Positions 47,135 to 58,108 of a stretch of DNA of 64,000 bases are shown here, piece by piece. Every line of letters starts with the position of its first letter. Position 1 is the first letter of the stretch. Origin of the DNA: a virus (taxonomy: Duplodnaviria; Heunggongvirae; Uroviricota; Caudoviricetes); the IMG/VR virus record IMGVR_UViG_3300028832_000098, positions 81,241 through 145,240 of that record, one strand, 5' to 3'. The notes under the pieces are model-generated. The model did no database searches. It worked only from the letters and a program-made list of their open reading frames with translations, and was not told the DNA's origin. The position numbers and the translations under genes are program-made.

Positions 47135-47842
47135 ATGCCAGAAGTAACTGATTTCAGCAAGATGGAGGAGCTTGACATATCTGACAGCATAAGGACGATG
47201 CGTCGGAAGATTAACAATGATTTCAAGTGTACCACCGATAATGTACAAAAGCTCGACAAGGCTCTTGCAGGCTTGTCTGACAATACTTATGTCGCAAGTC
47301 TTGTAAAAGGTAAGGTAGAAGGGAAGGCATGTAATATCGACGGACGTATGTTTGTACGGTTCGGGAAAAATAATATGGACAGGCTTGTTCTTGATAACAA
47401 CGGCGTGCAGATAATTTCGGAGCACAGCACTGATGACATAGAAGGAGAGCGTGGATTCATATATACTGTTGCATCGAAGAATGCAAGCATAGACCTTACG
47501 ACGGAAGGCATATACAATAACTTGAAGGATGGTGAAATTATCTGTATAAGGATAAAAGATACCGACGCGATTACCGCCATGATAAAGGTAAGGCTTCTTG
47601 GATACCAGCATGAAAGGTATATAGACCTTTCTCCCGAACATCCATCCGTTACCCTTATGAAAGTTCATGACAGCGGAATGGCGAGATTCGTAATGCTTGC
47701 ATACCCTGATGTTACTGATGAGAGCGAGAGCTCCGAGTCATATACCATTATTACGGAATTGATAGAAAGAGTTGTCGTTATAGAAAAGACTATCAAAGAA
47801 ATAATAATGGCAGTCAATATGATTGAATGGGAGAAAGTCTAA
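47135..47842 (+). CDS. hypothetical protein
   Basis: 235-aa ORF. Confidence 0.45.
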   Translation: MPEVTDFSKMEELDISDSIRTMRRKINNDFKCTTDNVQKLDKALAGLSDNTYVASLVKGKVEGKACNIDGRMFVRFGKNNMDRLVLDNNGVQIISEHSTDDIEGERGFIYTVASKNASIDLTTEGIYNNLKDGEIICIRIKDTDAITAMIKVRLLGYQHERYIDLSPEHPSVTLMKVHDSGMARFVMLAYPDVTDESESSESYTIITELIERVVVIEKTIKEIIMAVNMIEWEKV

Positions 47843-47911
47843 GCCTTTATCTAACGTTTATGGTTTCTCTTGAAATCATAAATAGTAAAGGATTAAATAA
47901 GTTTAGACGAC

Positions 47912-50900
47912 ATGTTGCCACAATTTTTATATAGCGATGATATTTATACAGAAGTCCCTGTAAGGCAAGGGGCTTTTTTAGTTGCGTACTTTAACGAAAA
48001 AGACCAAGAAAACGGCGACAAGACTCTCTTTGTCTGTGATGCCGAAGATGACAAATGGAACAGCTGCGGCCGTGCTGATGGCAGCGGACTCAAACATTTG
48101 AAGGACGGATTGAAAGACGGTGCCTTGCGAGGCGTCAATACCGTAGAGGAATCTGAAGATTCTGAAGGATACCAGGTCGGTGAGAATTCAATGGTCATCG
48201 GCGAAAATTCGATGTGTTCAGGCGATTTTTCATTAGTTGCCGGTAAAGACAATATCAATCAGGCGAAAGGTTCTTTGGTCGTAGGCGAGCTCAACAGGTC
48301 GAACGCCCAGTTCGGAAATATGTTCGGCAGCAACAATACAAGCTATGATGAATATAATTTTGTGGCAGGTGTTGATAATGTTACACACAGCAGGTTTGAC
48401 GCAATATTTGGGGCAGGCAATGTCTTATATCAGGCATATCCTTATGCAGATACTTGGGAAGTTGTGAATCCTAACGGCTATAATAATGTTTTTGGTATAA
48501 GGAATTCGATAGATGGCACGCGATTTACGCAGATATTCGGTGTATCGAATTCAACTGCAATAACAGGCAGAGCGCAATACATAAGGATATTTGGTGCCGA
48601 TAATAATATAACTGGTTCGAGCGGCGATATTGTAGATGTTACTGGTCATGATAATGATTTTGGGAAAGGTGGCGTTGGTGGCTATTTATATGTAAGAGGA
48701 ACTAAAAATGTCGCAGAAAACAGTGTAGGACAATTTGTATATTTTGAAGGTGCTGGTAATACTATGGCAAGAGGTGTGGGTGGATATGGATTTATCCGAG
48801 GCGCCTCTAATAGCATTACAGATGGCTGTAGTCAATTTATATATCTTGACGGCGCTGATAATGTGGTTAAAGAAGGTGCCAGTGGATATGAATATCTTAG
48901 AGGTACAAAAAATACAATAGAAAGCGGCTGCGGTCAATTTATATATTTCGATGGGGTATTGCTTGGAGCACGCAATAGTAGTTATTCACAGATAAGGGGT
49001 ACAGACGGAAAATTATATAATACAAATCAGGTTTATGCTGTCGGATGTTGCCTTGGTATGAATGCAATTTATAATCCTTCTAAATATCAAGTTGAGTATA
49101 TAACCGACTATACGCCTTCCAGCTTATCGTATTCATTTTTTGAGGGCGACAAGATTATAGTTGATAATGGTGGGCATAATATTTACGCGAGAGGTGTTGA
49201 TATAATGTTTACAAGGACTCTTATGGATGGAACTGTAACATCAAGCTCTCCAACATATACATTTGTTCAAGGTGATTATATAAGAATACATGGCTCTACG
49301 CATAATATATATGCGCAAGGTCTTAATTTAAGAATAGAAAATTCTGCTTATGCTCATATATTCGGTTCCAGCCATACTGTACAAAATGTTGGCAGTTCAA
49401 TTACCGTATTTGGCTTAAGTAATATCGTTAAAAAATTAGGTTCTTCTGGTTCTTTTACACCTGACGGTACTATTTTTTATGGATTATGTAATAATTTTGA
49501 AAGTATAATTCCTACCGCGTCTTTGCTTGGCGGCTATGGAAATACTTATATGACATCTTCACCTTCTGTTAATTCTTATATAACAGAAATTATTGCGAAT
49601 ACAAGTCAGTCTACTTTTAAGGACTGTAGCATAAAGACAAGCATAATAAGCGGTGCAAGCCTTACATTTGATGGTAGTTCTGTAACCAATAGCTATGTAA
49701 ACGGTGACCAAGCTGAATATAAGGGAAGTATAGATAATTCTATAATAAGCCTTAAGCCAGGCGGCTATAATATAAAGGGTAGGAAAACGGGTGGCAGTAT
49801 GGTAAGTTCAGCAGTTATCGGAGATGGATTTGACATATCTGCTGATGTACAATTTTCTTATATATCTGGCTCTCAAGGTAAATATGGGAAAAATATAAAT
49901 TATAGCGCTTTATTAGGTCATGGAATAGTTGTAAATACGTATGATATATATAATAGCTTTGTATCTGCAATAACAGCAAATATAAAGTCGTCAAGCTATT
50001 CATTGATAATGGGTAGCGGACTTGAAACGGGTTCAGTTGCGGGTAGTATTGTTATTGGTTATCAATATAGCAATTCGGCATATTCTATATATAATAGTAT
50101 ATCTATTGGTTATGGCAATACAGGCAGCTGTAATTATAGTTTTATTTTAGGTACTAATAATTATTATTCTTCCCAGTATAATTATATACTTGGTGACCAG
50201 AATAATAATACCGGCTTGAAATCATTTGTACATGGTGACCAAAATACAAATAATGCCACACACGGTGTTATATTCGGCTATCATAATAGCATATCGGCTG
50301 ATACATCTGATTTTATGGATAAAAGCTATTTTATAAATGGTGTATGGAATTCTATAACGAAAAGTCCTAATAGTGCAATATTCGGTACTAATAACAACAT
50401 TAACGGATATAGCAGTACTTATATTTTTGGTCATTATAATACTGCTACTAACAGTAATATGAATCTGATTATAGGTAATGGATTTCATGTTAAAAATTCA
50501 AATAATTCTATAATACACGGCGCTATATCTTATGGATATGTTTCTGACTATATATTATCAAGTAGCATTTTATCAGGAGCTTGCAATAATGTAGGAAATA
50601 TTTATATAAATAATTCTTTTATAACAGGTTCTAATAATAGTACGACTAAAACTAATTTTAATATAGATAATTCTATAATTTTTGGTAGTTCTAATCAATT
50701 AGGAAGTGATATAAGGAGCTCTATTATAGGTGGCTATAGAAATGACTACAAAGGACAGGATGAATCTACTGAGATAATTGTTGGTTCTTATATAAAAATA
50801 AATTGTAGGTCATCTTATAATTCTTTATTTGGCAATAGCAATAGCTTTGAGTCAGGTACTGGACAAAGTTCATATCCGACATATCTTACTGGTAATATAA

Positions 50901-52051
50901 TAGCAGGTAACGGGAATAGTAATTCCGATTATAAGGAATATAACCTGGGCGGTAATTTAAATATCACATATAATGCGATATTCGGTAACAATAACAGGAT
51001 AGGCTATACTATGTATAACCTCATCGCAGGTAATTACAATAGAGTCGAGAGGGCATTCGCTTCCGGCATAATAGGTAACAGCAACTATTATAAAACAATG
51101 TCATCAGGTAGTAGTGATGGTTCGTTTGTAGAAGGTAATGTCAATCATGTTGAAGACTCATATTGTAACCACGTTGAAGGTGAAGGGAATTATGTCAATA
51201 ATTCACAGCTTACACATAATGAAGGTATTGGTTCTATGAAGGTAACAGTATCTGAGTATGTTTCAAGTGAGCCTGAAATTGAAAGTTCTGAAGAGCCTGT
51301 ATACAAATACTTTATAGAAGGTACTATTGACGGTTATACTTATTTGGATTTCCATAAGTTATTCGGAGTCGGCTCTCATATAGTGGATACCGAGCATACT
51401 CCTTCATATTCTTTAACAGACCAAATCATAGGTATCGAACAAAGAATGATTGGTTCGACCTTAAAATATATCTATACTTTGTCTGGACCGATAACGACAG
51501 GAGTCAAGTATGTTTCAGGAATGACACGCGCGATAGCGTCACATATAGAAGGCGGTGGAAATAACATTTATTTGTCAAGGCATGTACATATTGAAGGTAT
51601 AGGCAATATAAGTTATCAAGCTGAATTCTCGCATATTGAAGGTTCAGGAAACACTGATTACGGTAAGTACTCGCATATTGGCGGCTACTTGAACTATATA
51701 GGCGCGACTGGAGGCGAAGTCAACTTTATACACGGTAAGGATGTAAACTATAATAGTACATACGGTTCTTACGGAACATTCATAGGTTGTAATGGAGTTT
51801 ATACCGAGGGATTGTATCCTACAGTTATAGGCAGCGAGAAAATTTCAATAGAAGGCAATAGTGATAAAGTTGCTGTCATAGCATCTGATAATATCAACAT
51901 AGATGAAACAAATAAGAAAAATATTGTCATACTCGGTATGTCTGATGTTGACGATACGGAAACTCTGAGAAGCAATACCGTCTATGTTGAAAATATAGAA
52001 GTCAGGAGTCTTACGAATGCGGCGATAGATGCTTTGTTTGCATCTCTGTAA
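47912..52051 (+). CDS. Tail fibre protein (1379 aa) with Hep_Hag/YadA-head-like beta-roll repeats
   Basis: Dozens of degenerate xGxxNxxxGxxSxxxG repeats (GENSMVIGENSMCSGDFSLVAGKDNINQAKGSLVVGELN...), rich in Asn/Gly/Ser/Tyr. Confidence 0.65.
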   Translation: MLPQFLYSDDIYTEVPVRQGAFLVAYFNEKDQENGDKTLFVCDAEDDKWNSCGRADGSGLKHLKDGLKDGALRGVNTVEESEDSEGYQVGENSMVIGENSMCSGDFSLVAGKDNINQAKGSLVVGELNRSNAQFGNMFGSNNTSYDEYNFVAGVDNVTHSRFDAIFGAGNVLYQAYPYADTWEVVNPNGYNNVFGIRNSIDGTRFTQIFGVSNSTAITGRAQYIRIFGADNNITGSSGDIVDVTGHDNDFGKGGVGGYLYVRGTKNVAENSVGQFVYFEGAGNTMARGVGGYGFIRGASNSITDGCSQFIYLDGADNVVKEGASGYEYLRGTKNTIESGCGQFIYFDGVLLGARNSSYSQIRGTDGKLYNTNQVYAVGCCLGMNAIYNPSKYQVEYITDYTPSSLSYSFFEGDKIIVDNGGHNIYARGVDIMFTRTLMDGTVTSSSPTYTFVQGDYIRIHGSTHNIYAQGLNLRIENSAYAHIFGSSHTVQNVGSSITVFGLSNIVKKLGSSGSFTPDGTIFYGLCNNFESIIPTASLLGGYGNTYMTSSPSVNSYITEIIANTSQSTFKDCSIKTSIISGASLTFDGSSVTNSYVNGDQAEYKGSIDNSIISLKPGGYNIKGRKTGGSMVSSAVIGDGFDISADVQFSYISGSQGKYGKNINYSALLGHGIVVNTYDIYNSFVSAITANIKSSSYSLIMGSGLETGSVAGSIVIGYQYSNSAYSIYNSISIGYGNTGSCNYSFILGTNNYYSSQYNYILGDQNNNTGLKSFVHGDQNTNNATHGVIFGYHNSISADTSDFMDKSYFINGVWNSITKSPNSAIFGTNNNINGYSSTYIFGHYNTATNSNMNLIIGNGFHVKNSNNSIIHGAISYGYVSDYILSSSILSGACNNVGNIYINNSFITGSNNSTTKTNFNIDNSIIFGSSNQLGSDIRSSIIGGYRNDYKGQDESTEIIVGSYIKINCRSSYNSLFGNSNSFESGTGQSSYPTYLTGNIIAGNGNSNSDYKEYNLGGNLNITYNAIFGNNNRIGYTMYNLIAGNYNRVERAFASGIIGNSNYYKTMSSGSSDGSFVEGNVNHVEDSYCNHVEGEGNYVNNSQLTHNEGIGSMKVTVSEYVSSEPEIESSEEPVYKYFIEGTIDGYTYLDFHKLFGVGSHIVDTEHTPSYSLTDQIIGIEQRMIGSTLKYIYTLSGPITTGVKYVSGMTRAIASHIEGGGNNIYLSRHVHIEGIGNISYQAEFSHIEGSGNTDYGKYSHIGGYLNYIGATGGEVNFIHGKDVNYNSTYGSYGTFIGCNGVYTEGLYPTVIGSEKISIEGNSDKVAVIASDNINIDETNKKNIVILGMSDVDDTETLRSNTVYVENIEVRSLTNAAIDALFASL

Positions 52052-52086
52052 GCATTCTTTTACATAAATAATTAAAATGTGTTGAA

Positions 52087-54267
52087 ATGGATATTATAAG
52101 TGCTTTTGATAGATTTTTATATAATTTGAGGCAGAAGTTTGCCACAAAATCAGAAGTGTCTGATATTACAGACCTTATACCTGATGACGCTTCTCCTTCA
52201 AACCAGCTTGCAGACAAAGCTTATGTGACTAATGGCCTTAGTACTAAGCAGGATACATTGACTACAGACCAGCTTAACGCAATAAGCCAGGTACCTATAA
52301 ATACGCAGGCAATATCTGATATAAATGATAAAATTCCGAATACGACAACTGACTCGAACCAACTTGTAAATGCTGAGCAGCTCGCGAATGCCATGGAGAT
52401 GAATGCCGCTGCAGTTATCGGTTCGAATGAAGAGATGTCTCAGGGGTTCGAACGTCAGTCATTCGCATATTCGAAGCTTTACCAAGGATTTACGTTTCTT
52501 GATACAAGGGATTGGGATTTACAAACACCTTGGTATAAGAATGCAGACGGTACATACAGATGGTATAAGAATCATAACGGAGCGATAGTCGGCTGCGGAC
52601 CTGAAGTCACTGAAGGCAGCGTTGTCGTCAAACCTGAAGTCTATGTCGACATAAACGACCAGGCTACTGTTCTTAAAGATGAGACGCTGTTCTATTTCAT
52701 GTCAGCTGATAATTTCAAATATCAAAGGATAAAAGATGGAAATCCAATAAGTGTTTCTGGATGGGGTAAGATAAATCTTCCAGGTCCTTCTGCGAGCACG
52801 ACGCTTATGACCGCAGAACTTCATGTAGAAATAAACGGAGGTATGATATGGTTTCTTGATGACTCACATGTGAGATACAATGAAAACATTATCTATACCT
52901 GTAGCATTTCTGACCTTGAACTCGGCGTAGATAGCGTTAGCGAGTATCTTGTAGGTGCAGGCACTGATATAACGGATATAAGCGGTGACCCTAATACGAC
53001 TTACGACCTTTTGTTTCCTACGACGAGATATATCTGTACAGTCGCACAGACAGAGACGACTATGCCTACGTGGACATTCTTGCAGGTAGTGCACGGGATG
53101 TCATTTACCCCTGGACAAATGGAAACAATAAATTCAGGAGCTACTAAGGCACTTGTGAAACAGATAACGACAAATGCAAATGCAATAGACGCAATTCTTG
53201 ATGACCCCGATATTAACAGTTTCGGAGATGTGAAGTCTGAACTTGCCAACAAGCAAGATACTCTTACATTTGATAACGTACCTCAAGAGGATTCTATGAA
53301 TCCTGTAACTTCTGACGGAATCTGGAGAGGACTTGGAACAAAGCAGAATACATTGACATTCGATGATGCTCCAACAGCTAACTCAAATAACCCAGTAAAA
53401 TCATCAGGCATAAAGGAGGCTCTCGATAATATAGAGATAGATATAACGCAGACTTCTCCTATACCCGCTAATGGTAATATAGAAACAGTTTTTACGAAGG
53501 GCGATGGTACAAGCGTTACAATATCGACACCGCAGGTTGATTCTGCTTTAAGTCCTTCTTCGGATAATACAGTAAGGAACAGTGCCATAACTGCTGCCCT
53601 TTCAACAAAGGTTAACCAAGCTGAATTTAATGAACTTGACAGGATAGCTGTAACGACAAAGGGTATAAGAGATACTTCATCAATAATAACAGGTGATTAT
53701 TTCTCGACATCGAATAATGTCTATGTAAGAAATAATGGTACGAATTGGGATGTATATACAGATAATGCAAGCAAGAATACCTATTATAAGCTATATAATA
53801 TCAGCGGACTGTCAAAAGTTTATATAACGGCGAGCGGGTATACCGTGGTGAGAATACTGTTTACCGGTCCTAATCATACTTTTGACGGAAATCCGATGTC
53901 TATAGCTGCTGTCAAACAAGCGATTGAGACAAAGACGTCTACCAACAAATTGCCGATACCAGGTGACAGGACAATAGAATTTGTAACGCAGAAATCGAAA
54001 CCGACAGATATTGTAAAGCCATTTTTGGACCTTGAAGAAATAACGAATACGACTAATTCCGATTTTATGTTTATATATTTCGGTAACGAATTCGCTGGAT
54101 GTGACGTATCTGTCGGCGACTATAAGGACGCCTATGACGACCATCTTGACAGGCAATCGAAAAATGCAGTTCAGAATGGAGTTATAACTGAGCAGTTGAC
54201 TGATTACATGGATGTCGATAATGAAGACCTTAGATATATTTTTGAAGAATCGGAAGAATCGGAATAA
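52087..54267 (+). CDS. Tail fibre protein (phage tail-fibre repeat type)
   Basis: Repeats KQDTLTFDNVPQEDSMNPVTSDGIWRGLGTKQNTLTFDDAPTANSNNPVKSSGIKEAL, typical of phage fibre repeats. Confidence 0.6.
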   Translation: MDIISAFDRFLYNLRQKFATKSEVSDITDLIPDDASPSNQLADKAYVTNGLSTKQDTLTTDQLNAISQVPINTQAISDINDKIPNTTTDSNQLVNAEQLANAMEMNAAAVIGSNEEMSQGFERQSFAYSKLYQGFTFLDTRDWDLQTPWYKNADGTYRWYKNHNGAIVGCGPEVTEGSVVVKPEVYVDINDQATVLKDETLFYFMSADNFKYQRIKDGNPISVSGWGKINLPGPSASTTLMTAELHVEINGGMIWFLDDSHVRYNENIIYTCSISDLELGVDSVSEYLVGAGTDITDISGDPNTTYDLLFPTTRYICTVAQTETTMPTWTFLQVVHGMSFTPGQMETINSGATKALVKQITTNANAIDAILDDPDINSFGDVKSELANKQDTLTFDNVPQEDSMNPVTSDGIWRGLGTKQNTLTFDDAPTANSNNPVKSSGIKEALDNIEIDITQTSPIPANGNIETVFTKGDGTSVTISTPQVDSALSPSSDNTVRNSAITAALSTKVNQAEFNELDRIAVTTKGIRDTSSIITGDYFSTSNNVYVRNNGTNWDVYTDNASKNTYYKLYNISGLSKVYITASGYTVVRILFTGPNHTFDGNPMSIAAVKQAIETKTSTNKLPIPGDRTIEFVTQKSKPTDIVKPFLDLEEITNTTNSDFMFIYFGNEFAGCDVSVGDYKDAYDDHLDRQSKNAVQNGVITEQLTDYMDVDNEDLRYIFEESEESE

Positions 54268-54282
54268 TTAAAATTAAAGAAA

Positions 54283-56622
54283 ATGAAACTGAATCCAATA
54301 CTTAGAAATTCTTTACGGAAGATAGTAAGAAAGATAAAATCTTATATCGCTGATTACTATGTGCCTCTTGATGAAGACAAGAAAGTCTATTGGGGATGTA
54401 TGCCGCCAAGTATAGGTGACTGGGATGAAAGCGATATAAATTCACCATCACACATACTTCATCGTACACATTATAAAGGTCCTGTATTAGACCCAGGATT
54501 TACAACAACTGTACAGACGTCCAGCTATATGAATCCTACAGTTTATTCTGAAGGAGGGCAAGTGATAGGTATTGGTAGTTATAGGAAATTTGTCAAGGGA
54601 GCAAAATATAAAATAACGCTTATACCTTTAGAAGGGCAGACAGTACCTGATTGGGCAGGTGAATATATTGCAGAAGCAGAGGACCTTAGTGCTCCGACGG
54701 ATTCAGAACGTCTGGGTGTCAAGATATATGGTGGCAAGCTGCAGATATATAGCAAGTATAACACTTTCTTGCCTAATTCTACAAATTTCTTTATAAAAGG
54801 TAAGGATACTTGGGAAACTTCAAGCCTTGACTGTTCTATAAAGGTTGAAGTTGACGAATCTTATAATCTGGCTCTTGAAAATGTATCGATAGGAACTACC
54901 ACTGATAATTTTTTCCCAGAAGGAGAAAGTTATCCGGTATGTCCTGCAATCCAACTATTGACTAAGAAATTTTATGATGTCACATTAGATGGCACCACTT
55001 ATGAAAATATTATGCTGAATAAGGTTACACCTAAAAATAAGACATATAGCATAGGTGGTACTGATATTGCAGCGACTGGAGACTATGTTTTGTGTAGTAG
55101 CGGAGATATGGAAGGTGAGAATGATTTTGTAATAGAATACCAGTCATCAACAGGTATTTTTACAAAAGCGACAGCCGCTTCTGCTTTAAGTGATGTCGAG
55201 TTTAGCATAAAATGTTCTGGTATACAAACTATTAAATATCTTGATGAATACTGGCTGACAGGTAAACTTTTACCTGAAGGTTCTGGAGAAAATAGTACAG
55301 TATTTAACTCGGCAATAGATGCTGTTGGGAAAAATTCAAACGCAGAAGGTACTTCTATAGCATACGGAACAGGTTCTCACGCAGAAGGCTTAAATACGGT
55401 TGCATACGGTGATGGCTCACATTCTGAAGGAGGATATGAGTGGATTACACAAATTCAGATTACTCATGGCGATTACAATCAATATACTGCGGCAGGTGAT
55501 TATGAACGTTATAATGGATGCTGCGTTTATTTTGATAAATTATATCAGATAGGTTCTGCCATTTATGATTCTACTACAGGACTTACGACATTTAACATAT
55601 ATAATTTATCAAAAGATGGAACATTTAATGTAAATGTCTTTACATCTATTGCAAGCGGAATGTACTCACATTCTGAAGGTATGAACTGTATAGCTGCTGG
55701 TCAGGCTACACATGCTGAAGGATATGGTACAAGGTCTGAAGGATATTATTCACATGCAGAAGGTGATAGTTCTGTCGCAAACGGCTATTATGGAGCGCAT
55801 TCAGAGGGTTCGAAAACTCTCGCATCCGGTAATTATGGTCCTCATGCTGAAGGTAACGAGACTGTAGCTTCTGGAGGCAACGGCGCACATTCAGAAGGGA
55901 GCAAGACATTAGCTGAAGGTTTATCTTCACACGCTGAAGGAATAGGGACAATCGCAAGAAAGGCTGCTGAGCATGTTTCAGGCATGTATAACGAAGAGGA
56001 TTCAGAAGCTTATGAATTACCATATCCTAATTGGGTTTCCAACCAGCCATATTCAGTAGGAGACATAGTTGTCAGATACGGAACAGATGTATATGAATGT
56101 ATTCAAGATACAACTGGAACGACCTGGATGGATACAAGATATTGGAAGAAACTATATAGTGTTCCATCAGGGCTTGGTAAGTATGCAGAAGTTATAGGTA
56201 ACGGCTTTTCTGATAGTATGCGTTCTAATGCAAGAAGACTTGACTGGCATGGTAATGAAGAGCTTGCAGGAAACCTTACAGTTAATGGCGCAATGTTTGG
56301 TATGAAGAAGCCAATATCTACAACAGTATGTAATCCTGATACTTATTATTGTCCTACAACAGCTCTTTCAGTAGGAGACTTGGAACTTGATGAGACAGGT
56401 TTTAATGGCGACTACAACTATATGTTTTCAGGATACTTTACGAATGATGATATGCAAGGTATGCCGCAGGCGGTAAAGAATGATGACGTAGTCTCACCTG
56501 ATACGCCTGCAAGTATAACTTGGTATGGTGATTCTGGACTTGACGCCGGAGCTGAATATATGTTCTGTTGTACTAAAGTTGCTTCAAATAAATATGTTGG
56601 AGTCGTAACAAAATTGACTTAA
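54283..56622 (+). CDS. Tail fibre protein with xSHAEG repeats (Hep_Hag-like)
   Basis: AEGTSIAYGTGSHAEGLNTVAYGDGSHSEG...YSHAEGDSSVANGYYGAHSEGSKTLASGNYGPHAEGNETVASGGNGAHSEG. Confidence 0.6.
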   Translation: MKLNPILRNSLRKIVRKIKSYIADYYVPLDEDKKVYWGCMPPSIGDWDESDINSPSHILHRTHYKGPVLDPGFTTTVQTSSYMNPTVYSEGGQVIGIGSYRKFVKGAKYKITLIPLEGQTVPDWAGEYIAEAEDLSAPTDSERLGVKIYGGKLQIYSKYNTFLPNSTNFFIKGKDTWETSSLDCSIKVEVDESYNLALENVSIGTTTDNFFPEGESYPVCPAIQLLTKKFYDVTLDGTTYENIMLNKVTPKNKTYSIGGTDIAATGDYVLCSSGDMEGENDFVIEYQSSTGIFTKATAASALSDVEFSIKCSGIQTIKYLDEYWLTGKLLPEGSGENSTVFNSAIDAVGKNSNAEGTSIAYGTGSHAEGLNTVAYGDGSHSEGGYEWITQIQITHGDYNQYTAAGDYERYNGCCVYFDKLYQIGSAIYDSTTGLTTFNIYNLSKDGTFNVNVFTSIASGMYSHSEGMNCIAAGQATHAEGYGTRSEGYYSHAEGDSSVANGYYGAHSEGSKTLASGNYGPHAEGNETVASGGNGAHSEGSKTLAEGLSSHAEGIGTIARKAAEHVSGMYNEEDSEAYELPYPNWVSNQPYSVGDIVVRYGTDVYECIQDTTGTTWMDTRYWKKLYSVPSGLGKYAEVIGNGFSDSMRSNARRLDWHGNEELAGNLTVNGAMFGMKKPISTTVCNPDTYYCPTTALSVGDLELDETGFNGDYNYMFSGYFTNDDMQGMPQAVKNDDVVSPDTPASITWYGDSGLDAGAEYMFCCTKVASNKYVGVVTKLT

Positions 56623-56626
56623 TGCT

Positions 56627-58108
56627 ATGAATGAGATACTTCAGATGAATCTTTTGGCAAGGACTTCTCTTTCAGGCAAGAAGAGAATGATTTACGGCAC
56701 TTGTAACCAAAGTAATAAGACTATACGAGTTTGCTTTAATAACAGGTGGACATGGGATAACACTAACAGGACTTGGAATGTCGACTCTAATTATTCAGGC
56801 AGAGTTATCTGCGAAGGCACTTCTGATTCTCATGGTGATTTTGAAATTATTATACCTGAAGACCTTGTTATAGAGAATCTTACATTTGATTCGAGGTATG
56901 GTGGCAATGGAAATAATGTTAGTTATCTCACGACTATAAATTTATCATATCTTGGAGATGTTTCTGGATTGACAATGTTATTATTTGCGTTTTCTAACCT
57001 TGAACATGCCACTATGATTTCAGGGTTCGGTAAATTTACGAATTGCCCTTTGATTACTATGGAGGGCTGTTTCAATGATTGTCCGAGACTTACGACTGTT
57101 GATTTGGCGGGATTGCATACAGATGATATGGTAATGGTCGACGGAGCAACAGACGGTAGACAGAGATATGGTATGCCAAACTGCTTTTCGGGAGATACTG
57201 CTTTGACTAATCTCACCCTTCCGAAAATACCAAGCACTTGCTATATGGGTGAGAGCACGTTTAAGGATTGCACAAGTCTTACGAATATTACTTGTACATC
57301 TGATATAGAGAACAGTATTAAAATGCTTTCATCTCCGTTGACTCTTGACTCTTCAAGGACGATATTATCTCATCTTTCGTCTACACATGCCACGAATGCG
57401 GAATGTAACTTTAAGGCGAGCGTATGGATGACGGCACTTGCTGACAGTCAATGCCAGCAGAGCATAACAGCTGCGAGAGCCAGTGGGTGGATATTGCCGT
57501 TATACATAGACGATTGTATATCTGAATCCAGCTTTAATACATCTTCTGCAGGATATTACCTTGTCGGAACGGAGACATCAGGAGCAGTACATCCTAATGC
57601 CATAGAGCTTGGACAAGTTTATGTAATATGCAATGAACCAAGTTCGTTGGGACCAAATCAGCATGACCATATAGAATATAGATTTACAAATTCTGTCGAT
57701 TTAACGGATGCCCGTAAATTAGTTCTTGGTGTCAAAACCTTTAATGCGTTGTCTTCTTCAGAGCTTAGCGGTAATGGTATTACAAGGAATGCAAAGAATA
57801 CAAGGACGCAAGCTGCTAATGATTATGCTACAAAGAATAACTATTATAAAGTATTCGTTGCATTCGTAGACAATAACGGTAATGTGACTTCATATAACTA
57901 TGATGACAGTAATAAGACATTGAACCCTGAAAGCTATGATGAATCCCCACAAACGACTGATACTTTAACATATACTTTGAGTCTGCCTTCATCTGGTTTT
58001 AATAAATCAAATGTGGTCGGATTTAATGTTATGTATATGAAGCCTGATACAGGTTCTGGAACCGCAAGAACAAAAGGTTGCTGGTTTAACTCTATAACAA
58101 TTTCATAA
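56627..58108 (+). CDS. BspA-type leucine-rich-repeat protein (probable receptor-binding or fibre-associated protein)
   Basis: LTTVDLAGL..., ALTNLTLPKIPSTCYMGESTFKDCTSLTNITCTS LRR_5-like units. Confidence 0.5.
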   Translation: MNEILQMNLLARTSLSGKKRMIYGTCNQSNKTIRVCFNNRWTWDNTNRTWNVDSNYSGRVICEGTSDSHGDFEIIIPEDLVIENLTFDSRYGGNGNNVSYLTTINLSYLGDVSGLTMLLFAFSNLEHATMISGFGKFTNCPLITMEGCFNDCPRLTTVDLAGLHTDDMVMVDGATDGRQRYGMPNCFSGDTALTNLTLPKIPSTCYMGESTFKDCTSLTNITCTSDIENSIKMLSSPLTLDSSRTILSHLSSTHATNAECNFKASVWMTALADSQCQQSITAARASGWILPLYIDDCISESSFNTSSAGYYLVGTETSGAVHPNAIELGQVYVICNEPSSLGPNQHDHIEYRFTNSVDLTDARKLVLGVKTFNALSSSELSGNGITRNAKNTRTQAANDYATKNNYYKVFVAFVDNNGNVTSYNYDDSNKTLNPESYDESPQTTDTLTYTLSLPSSGFNKSNVVGFNVMYMKPDTGSGTARTKGCWFNSITIS

